Shown here: positions 53,054 through 58,533 of the stretch, piece by piece
Layout: every line of letters starts with the position of its first letter
Numbering within the stretch: position 1 is the stretch's first letter
DNA from: a virus
DNA length: 58,533 nt
Direction: 5' to 3' (one strand)
IMG/VR virus record: IMGVR_UViG_3300045988_162556
Program-made: the position numbers and the translations under genes
Notes under the pieces: model-generated
The model's database searches: none
What the model was told of the DNA's origin: nothing
What the model saw: the letters and a program-made list of their open reading frames with translations, nothing else

Positions 53054-53962
53054 CTATTCGCCATTCTCAACCCTTACATCATCCGGGAAAAGCAAATCTA
53101 ACTGTTGGTATTGTTTCGGAAATGCGGCGTTAAGCATTTGCATAAATCTGACCCAATTATACCCAGAGGCCCGTCCCAACGCCTCTACAGCTGCTAAATG
53201 CTCTTTCAGTTTTGGCCGGCCTATCTCTTCGGTTAAATGCTGGTGATGACGGTCTTTTCGCGTTCCTTTGTCTGTTTTCGGATTGACTTTTTGAAGTTCG
53301 GTTAATATCACTGGAGCCAGACGTTCGTAAACAATATCATTAATCCACGTTCCAACAACACCCGGCCGCTTGTGGGTCATAGTCCAATTCCATCCGTGCA
53401 TTCTATATATCATTTCAAAGAATGAATCGTTAAAAGTCTTTACCCAACGGCTTGCCTCGTCCGAAATGAATTGCGACAAGAACTTTTGAAGCTCATCTTT
53501 TGCTCTATTCTTATCCTGCTGGTATCCTGTTGCCTCATCTACGAGCGCTACAATGCCTACTTTGGCAAATGCTCGTACAAGTATTTCGCATTGAGCGGCA
53601 ATGATTTCCTGACGAGGAGATAGATTGATAGCTTGTCTGGCCTCAAGGAAGGCATCACAAATATCGACCAATACAGTCGCTTCATATCCATTTATCTTTG
53701 TCTCCCTATCGTTACAAATAATAGGCTTAAAGTGGTCCTCTTCTTTATCCTTGTAAATAAATGGGTTGAGCGATTTTTGGCTTAAATATCGGCTCAATCT
53801 GGTCCCCGCGGTTTGCCTACCTTCTTCAGCTTCGTCTACCATTTTGAGAGCCTCCTGCATCCCTCGACCTGAAAGAACCCGTGTACCATCCTCTAAAACA
53901 TAGCATGGAATCGGCATTTCTCCAAGGTTTAGCACCCCTCTATATTTTACGTTTTTCTCCAT
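53054..53962 (-). CDS. P63C-domain protein
   Basis: VDEATGYQQDKNRAKDELQKFL...WVKTFNDSFFEMIYRMHGWNW...RPGVVGTWINDIVYERLAPVILTEL. Confidence 0.7.
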   Translation of the reverse strand: MEKNVKYRGVLNLGEMPIPCYVLEDGTRVLSGRGMQEALKMVDEAEEGRQTAGTRLSRYLSQKSLNPFIYKDKEEDHFKPIICNDRETKINGYEATVLVDICDAFLEARQAINLSPRQEIIAAQCEILVRAFAKVGIVALVDEATGYQQDKNRAKDELQKFLSQFISDEASRWVKTFNDSFFEMIYRMHGWNWTMTHKRPGVVGTWINDIVYERLAPVILTELQKVNPKTDKGTRKDRHHQHLTEEIGRPKLKEHLAAVEALGRASGYNWVRFMQMLNAAFPKQYQQLDLLFPDDVRVENGE

Positions 53963-53987
53963 TATCTATTAGTCTTATTATACTTAT

Positions 53988-54233
53988 TTATTCCCCCTTC
54001 TCCACTTTAATAAGTTTGCCACAATGCGGGCAGGTGATCGCGTTCGTCGGTTGAGGGGCGAAAAGCTCCGGAACCGATACACCGAGAGCGGCAGCGATAC
54101 TTTCCAATGTTCCAATAGTAGGATTTCCGCTAATATTCCTTGTTAGCGTTATTCGTGTTATACCAAGTTTGTCGGCTAATTCTTGCATTTGCATTCCCTT
54201 TTCCTTGCAAATCTCCTTCACTCTTAATTCCAT
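53988..54233 (-). CDS. XRE-type HTH regulator with a C-terminal CxxC
   Basis: MQMQELADKLGITRITLTRNISGNPTIGTLESIAAALGV...CPHCGKLI. Confidence 0.7.
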   Translation of the reverse strand: MELRVKEICKEKGMQMQELADKLGITRITLTRNISGNPTIGTLESIAAALGVSVPELFAPQPTNAITCPHCGKLIKVEKGE

Positions 54234-54343
54234 AAAATGCGTGTTTCATTATGATGTTACGCTGCAAATATAGGCATTAAATCAATGTAATGTATGCTTT
54301 TATGTAAAAAAAACACTATGATGATAATTTTTCATGTAAAATA

Positions 54344-54375
54344 TTTGCATTACGAAACGTTTTAATGTATCTTTG
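54344..54375 (+). promoter_or_regulatory. Bacteroides-type promoter
   Basis: TTTG (54344..54347), 20-nt spacer, TATCTTTG (54368..54375). Confidence 0.6.
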
Positions 54376-54406
54376 CGCAACAAAGAAACATTAAATAGTT
54401 ACAACC

Positions 54407-54649
54407 ATGAAAGCAACCTACAATAAATCGAAGATCATGCGTAACGCTTGGTATCTGAAACGTGCCAACGCCTCTATGTCGTTCTCGGCTTGCCTCAAGA
54501 AGGCTTGGCGCAACGAGAAGCTGGCGATGATGACGGCAAAGATTGAGAACCGACCGACGGAACGGCCGAAAGCCACGGAATACCGCCCGCAGTTGCTGAC
54601 GGTCCCGGCTAACTACTATGGCGTGCGCGGAATGTACTACGGAGACTAA
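54407..54649 (+). CDS. Hypothetical small basic protein
   Basis: 80-aa ORF downstream of the promoter. Confidence 0.45.
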   Translation: MKATYNKSKIMRNAWYLKRANASMSFSACLKKAWRNEKLAMMTAKIENRPTERPKATEYRPQLLTVPANYYGVRGMYYGD

Positions 54650-54761
54650 CTCAAACACAATATGACCATGAACGACATCATCGAATCGGCAGACCGCTTA
54701 ACAACATTGCTGGAAGAACAAAACGCCTGCATAGAGCGAATTATGGCAATACTGGACAAAT

Positions 54762-54785
54762 AAAAAAACCGAGACAAAGCCTCGG
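54762..54785 (-). terminator. Rho-independent terminator (minus strand)
   Basis: CCGAGG-CTTTGT-CTCGG followed by TTTTTTT on the minus strand. Confidence 0.6.
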
Positions 54786-54797
54786 AATTGGACTAAA

Positions 54798-55169
54798 TTA
54801 CTGCTTTACAAAAATCCCCACATCTTCTCCTGAAGAAGTGTCTTTTACAAACATTACTGGACCAGATATAATCCCTTCCAATATTGTTAAATTATCATTA
54901 AATGGGATTAATGTAATCTTTGATGCTTTGTATGTATAACTATATAAGGCACGTTTATAATCGCTTGATGCACCTCCGTATCTTGAACCATAACGGCATT
55001 CATTGTCATCAAATACAAGCGTCGATATGGCACCACTACTAACATCAATCATACCCCACGTAGTACCGGGTAATGGATTAGAGATATTATTATCATTGTC
55101 ATCGTTATCTGAGCATCCAACAAAAGCCATTGAGACAATAAGTGACCATATGAATAAAAATCTTCTCAT
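54798..55169 (-). CDS. Lipoprotein (moron)
   Basis: MRRFLFIWSLIVSMAFVGCSDNDDNDNN contains a lipobox. Start set at MRRF. Confidence 0.6.
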   Translation of the reverse strand: MRRFLFIWSLIVSMAFVGCSDNDDNDNNISNPLPGTTWGMIDVSSGAISTLVFDDNECRYGSRYGGASSDYKRALYSYTYKASKITLIPFNDNLTILEGIISGPVMFVKDTSSGEDVGIFVKQ

Positions 55170-55273
55170 ATTGTAATTGGTATTAGTTGACATTACAAAT
55201 TTACAAAATTTCCAATAGTAGCAAATTTTAGAAACAAAATTTACTCCTGATGTAAAAAAATAGTGTTAAAGCC

Positions 55274-55304
55274 CTTGTGGATTAAAAATAATTTTCTATA
55301 TTTG
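55274..55304 (+). promoter_or_regulatory. Bacteroides-type promoter ahead of the antirepressor operon leader
   Basis: CTTG (55274..55277), 19-nt spacer, TATATTTG (55297..55304). Confidence 0.5.
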
Positions 55305-55326
55305 TAACGCTTACATAAACTCAAGA

Positions 55327-55470
55327 GTGCACAAGATGCACCATTATTGGTGCTTTTTTTATGCCGAAAATTGAACATACGAACGGGTAACCCTGTGGCG
55401 TTGCTGTAATGGCGCGCCAACCTCTTGAGTAAAGATGTAAGCAGCAGGTAGTACCCGTTCGTTTTTTTTT
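55327..55470 (+). ncRNA. Leader with mutually exclusive hairpins and two terminator-like stem/U-tract elements
   Basis: GTGCA-CAAGA-TGCAC (55327..55341) overlaps GCACCA-TTAT-TGGTGC plus T7 (55338..55360). Then ACGAACGGGTA (55379..55389) pairs with TACCCGTTCGT (55452..55462), followed by a T9 run. The ATG is at 55481. Confidence 0.45.
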
Positions 55471-55480
55471 GTTTTATTAA

Positions 55481-55750
55481 ATGCTTACATCTATGAAAAC
55501 ACCATCGCTTCCGGAAACGGATTATCAAACTCGCTGCATCGAAGCCGAGCGAAAAGCACGGGATTTCGAAAACGCCTACTTCAAGGCCGAAGAGCGCTAT
55601 TCCAACCTAATGGATGCCTATGTCAAGCTACAAGGCTACTACCTTGAATTGCTGGGCGCTGAAAAATCATCCCACAACAAAATCAAAGAGATCGACCCGT
55701 TTATTCTTGTCAAGATGGGCCGCGGAATGAATGTCGCACAATGTAAATAG
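55481..55750 (+). CDS. Hypothetical coiled-coil protein (alternative start 55493)
   Basis: 89-aa ORF. Confidence 0.45.
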   Translation: MLTSMKTPSLPETDYQTRCIEAERKARDFENAYFKAEERYSNLMDAYVKLQGYYLELLGAEKSSHNKIKEIDPFILVKMGRGMNVAQCK

Positions 55751-55757
55751 ACCAGCC

Positions 55758-56531
55758 ATGAACAACATACAAATTTTCAATAACGAGAAGTTCGGGCGTG
55801 TACGTATCATCATGTCCGACGAAAACAAGCCAATGTTTCTTGCGAATGATGTAGCAAAATCGTTAGGATATATACGGACAGCAGATGCCATTTCAGCACA
55901 TTGTAAAGGGGTCGCCGTTTTACCGACCCCTACCGATGGTGGGGTTCAAAAGGTGAAATACATCCCCGAATCCGATGTTTACCGCCTTGTCATGCGGTCG
56001 AAGCTCCCGCAGGCCGAGCAGTTTCAGGACTGGGTATGCGATGAGGTTCTCCCCTCTATCCGCAAGACTGGCGGATACATGTCAGCCAAAGAGACGGACA
56101 CGCCCGAAATGATAATGGCACGCGCCGTGCTGGTCGCCAATGACACCATAGCCCGGCAGAAGCAACAGCTGGAGCAGGCCCAAAAGCAGGTCGCGGCACT
56201 CGCGCCGAAAGCCGAGCTGATGGACAAGGTATTGGACACGGACCAGAAGATAGACGTCGGGCAGGCGGCAAAGATTTTGAATCTACCATTTGGCCGCAAC
56301 ACGCTCTTCCAGCGGCTCCGCGAGCGAGGGATATTCTTCTGCAATCGCAATGAGCCTAAACAAGAGTATATTAACCGGGGTTACTTCGAGTTGAAAGAGA
56401 AATTGATCGACCGAAACAACCACGAATCGTTCACGGTCATCAAGGTTCTCGTGACGCAAAAAGGATTGGATTTCCTCGCAAGGCAGTTTGAGGTGGTCCA
56501 AACCCCGAAGAAGATGGCAGCGATAAGATAA
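55758..56531 (+). CDS. BRO-N / KilAC-type antirepressor
   Basis: IQIFNNEKFGRVRIIMSDENKPMFLANDVAKSLGY...ESDVYRLVMRSKLPQAEQFQDWVCDEVLPSIRKTGGY, plus a C-terminal antirepressor-like half. Confidence 0.75.
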   Translation: MNNIQIFNNEKFGRVRIIMSDENKPMFLANDVAKSLGYIRTADAISAHCKGVAVLPTPTDGGVQKVKYIPESDVYRLVMRSKLPQAEQFQDWVCDEVLPSIRKTGGYMSAKETDTPEMIMARAVLVANDTIARQKQQLEQAQKQVAALAPKAELMDKVLDTDQKIDVGQAAKILNLPFGRNTLFQRLRERGIFFCNRNEPKQEYINRGYFELKEKLIDRNNHESFTVIKVLVTQKGLDFLARQFEVVQTPKKMAAIR

Positions 56532-56557
56532 GCCCCTGTATACTTCCCCGATGCCGG

Positions 56558-56585
56558 CGCCTCGCAGAAATGCGGGGCGTTTTTT
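56558..56585 (+). terminator. Rho-independent terminator
   Basis: CGCCTCGCA-GAAA-TGCGGGGCG followed by TTTTTT. Confidence 0.75.
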
Positions 56586-56661
56586 ATGATTTTATCATCA
56601 AAACATTTGCATAATACGCAAAAGTGTATTATATTTGTAGTACAGCAAATGAATAAACGAT

Positions 56662-56799
56662 ATGAATGTCGAACTAACAGAAAAAGAATGGGATTTGATC
56701 GAATCTATACGCAATTATCACAAAGCCTACCCTAACGGGAAAGAAGAACAAGAGTGGTATATCGAGATGATCCTCCAAGAATTATTAGAACGTGATTAA
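56662..56799 (+). CDS. Small acidic protein (45 aa, below the track cutoff)
   Basis: Hand translation gives MNVELTEKEWDLIESIRNYHKAYPNGKEEQEWYIEMILQELLERD. Confidence 0.35.
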   Translation: MNVELTEKEWDLIESIRNYHKAYPNGKEEQEWYIEMILQELLERD

Positions 56800-56844
56800 T
56801 AACCAGCCCTCGACCATTTTGGCCGAGGGCACAAAAAGACAAAT

Positions 56845-57090
56845 ATGGAAATCATTGTAAAACAAAATCGGGAGACAGTAAAACAGAAGATGTCGGACAT
56901 TCTGCTGGATGTGTCTTGGGCTAAGATATCTGAAAAATATTTCGGTAAATCGCGGTCATGGCTCTACCATAAGATGGACGGCATTAACAACGGGAAACCG
57001 GACGACTTCGATGATGCAGAGAAAGAAATCCTGCGCAATGCCTTGCTTGACTTATCTTCAAGGATCAACAAATGCGCTAACAGTATTTGA
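56845..57090 (+). CDS. DUF5053-like small protein
   Basis: VSWAKISEKYFGKSRSWLYHKMDG...FDDAEKEILRNALLDLSSRI resembles the Bacteroidales DUF5053 pattern, recalled from memory. Confidence 0.45.
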   Translation: MEIIVKQNRETVKQKMSDILLDVSWAKISEKYFGKSRSWLYHKMDGINNGKPDDFDDAEKEILRNALLDLSSRINKCANSI

Positions 57091-57110
57091 TATCTTCATT
57101 CATTGACGCA

Positions 57111-57140
57111 ATCCCCGGCCAAAAGGTCGGGGATTCTTTG
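57111..57140 (+). terminator. Rho-independent terminator
   Basis: ATCCCCGGCC-AAAA-GGTCGGGGAT followed by a T-rich tract. Confidence 0.65.
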
Positions 57141-57208
57141 TGCTATTTTTTTGTTTTTCACTTCAAATTTCTTGGCAAATCACGATTCCATTCTTCACAA
57201 ACTATATC

Positions 57209-57517
57209 TTATTCGTAAATCTCCCGCCAGCCAAGAATATTTTGGCTATTGATAGTTACGCCGGTTCCGCTGATGGCGTAAATATATCCTCCTGCATCGC
57301 CAGCCGAACGCCACGCAATCGTAATATGTTCACATCCATTAGAAGCCTTGTATTTTACCATGACATTCTCGTAAATCGGAGGTAACTCTTTTTTCGGGTC
57401 GTTCCAGCGCGTCAGCAGTTCGTGTTCGGCTTGTGCGCCAGCTATAAATCCCCACTCAGTGTTCTGGCAGTGGCATTTTTCGGCGTATTCTTTTGCTCTT
57501 TCCTCAATCGTTTTCAT
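57209..57517 (-). CDS. Paralog 3 of the DUF551-like family
   Basis: MKTIEERAKEY...LTRWNDPK...ILGWREIYE. Start set at the internal Met (57517). Confidence 0.55.
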   Translation of the reverse strand: MKTIEERAKEYAEKCHCQNTEWGFIAGAQAEHELLTRWNDPKKELPPIYENVMVKYKASNGCEHITIAWRSAGDAGGYIYAISGTGVTINSQNILGWREIYE

Positions 57518-57573
57518 TTCTCGTTCAGTTTTTCCCAAAGTAAGAAATTTTTTACCACATTTCTTCTAAAGAG

Positions 57574-57612
57574 TTTGGTAATTCACGTGACTGTCGAAAC
57601 CTTTGCCTTGAG
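57574..57612 (+). promoter_or_regulatory. Conserved late-promoter element, copy 3 (upstream of the giant fibre gene)
   Basis: TTTGGTAATTCACGTGACTGTCGAAACCTTTGCCTTGAG, 30 nt before the ATG at 57642. Confidence 0.6.
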
Positions 57613-57641
57613 CTTGTGACGATGCAAGTGGCAAACGACAG

Positions 57642-58533
57642 ATGGTAATTTATTCTCCGTTAGGAATACAGATATTGGATGCTCCGGTCACGAAAGAGGC
57701 TATTATCAAATATGCCCTCATGAGTGACTATTACATTCAGCTTCCCTTCAATCAACTTCAGTACATTCAAATTCCGCAAGGTTCATACATACTGTACAAA
57801 GGCCGTAAGTTCGAGATAATGGCCCCGGTATATCCGGAGTTCGACAACAAGACCGGAGGATATAAATACACGCTCAAGTTCGAGGCGCAGCAGAACCATA
57901 TGAAGCGTTTTGTATGCTTCTGGCTGGGCGGAGATAATCCCGAAGCGGTATTCCACAACACCACCGATCTCGAATCATTCGGCGCCCTGATCGTGGCCAA
58001 CATGAACAAACATCTTGGCGTCGAAAATTGGAGCGTAGGAACCATCGACATCGAGAATCCCAAGGCGACAAAACTCGTGTCATTCAACGGAGACAAATGC
58101 TGGGGTATACTCAACACGATCGCCGAAACTTTCGAAGTCGAATGGTGGACCGAGGAAAACGGAGATTTAGTGTCGCTTAACTTCGGAAAGCTGGAAAGAG
58201 GCACACCCGAAGAATTCAAGCGTGGCGATGTCGTCAAGAGCATCCCCGCCAAGAAGGGCGACGACTCCAGCTATGGCACCCGGTTCTATGTATTCGGATC
58301 TACACGCAACCTTACCAGCGATTATGGTCAGGCTCCGCAGGGCGGGGAGACCAACCATGTTTCAGAAATACGACTCAGGCTTCCCAACGGCCAGAGATAT
58401 ATAGACGCCATCCCGAATCTCGACAAAAGTGCCATTGTCGAGCAGGTCGTTTTCTTCGACGACATCTACCCCAAGAACACGGAGACGATCACAAGCATTG
58501 AGACCGTTGATCGGGAGATCATCGAGGGGCAAA
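57642..58533 (+). CDS. N-terminal part of the giant tail fibre / tail-tip (Tal-like) protein; continues at base 2 across the circular junction
   Basis: ATG at 57642 is preceded by an in-frame TGA at 57609. I translated the frame codon by codon to 58533 and found no stop. It is missing from the ORF track only because it lacks a stop inside the window. The frame is continuous with 2..4546. Confidence 0.8.
   Translation, partial: MVIYSPLGIQILDAPVTKEAIIKYALMSDYYIQLPFNQLQYIQIPQGSYILYKGRKFEIMAPVYPEFDNKTGGYKYTLKFEAQQNHMKRFVCFWLGGDNPEAVFHNTTDLESFGALIVANMNKHLGVENWSVGTIDIENPKATKLVSFNGDKCWGILNTIAETFEVEWWTEENGDLVSLNFGKLERGTPEEFKRGDVVKSIPAKKGDDSSYGTRFYVFGSTRNLTSDYGQAPQGGETNHVSEIRLRLPNGQRYIDAIPNLDKSAIVEQVVFFDDIYPKNTETITSIETVDREIIEGQ
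58415..58533. repeat. Second copy of the 119-bp terminal duplication
   Basis: Identical to 1..119. Confidence 0.95.

Overview
The window is one complete, circularly permuted phage genome. Bases 1-119 recur exactly at 58415-58533, so the unit length is 58,414 bp. It looks like a temperate, siphovirus-type tailed phage of a Bacteroidota host. The host call rests on several exact Bacteroides-type promoters (-33 TTTG, 19-20 nt spacer, -7 TAnnTTTG).

Plus-strand late region:
- 37.7-51.6 kb: terS, terL, portal, scaffold, capsid, connectors, major tail, chaperones, tape measure and distal tail genes.
- A 1,772-codon tail-fibre gene crosses the window junction (57642..58533 joined to 2..4546), followed by more fibre proteins.
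- 8.2-9.5 kb: holin, endolysin and unimolecular spanin.
- 9.7-14.1 kb: cargo genes, interrupted by an antisense HNH endonuclease.

Minus-strand lysogeny and early region (14.2-35.6 kb):
- Integrase plus excisionase-like HTH.
- A very compact early operon with many ATGA start/stop overlaps. It carries ASCH, three DNA methyltransferases, a PP-loop (PAPS-reductase-like) enzyme, a pentapeptide-repeat protein, a replication initiator, NinG, SSB, Erf and KilA-N.
- A second tyrosine recombinase lies next to a canonical tRNA-Gln(UUG).

Other regions:
- 35.55-35.76 kb: divergent switch region with a CI/Cro-like HTH gene.
- 36.2-37.4 kb: AT-rich islet with a SecB-like chaperone.
- 51.6-57.5 kb: a roughly 6 kb accessory island splits the tail module. 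It encodes an ORF6N protein, an OMP beta-barrel, P63C plus HTH, a lipoprotein and a BRO antirepressor.

The most unusual content is non-coding:
1. Two tandem promoter / structured-leader / terminator cassettes with covarying closing stems, each ahead of a paralogous small basic protein (29.16-29.96 kb).
2. A 480-nt GC-rich, hairpin-dense intergenic element with three hairpins that each display a GATC-containing loop (34.03-34.52 kb).
3. A 320-nt gap holding two non-canonical tRNA-like modules (30.69-31.01 kb).
4. A 39-nt late-promoter element present three times.

All calls come from reading the sequence and the ORF track. No database search was run.
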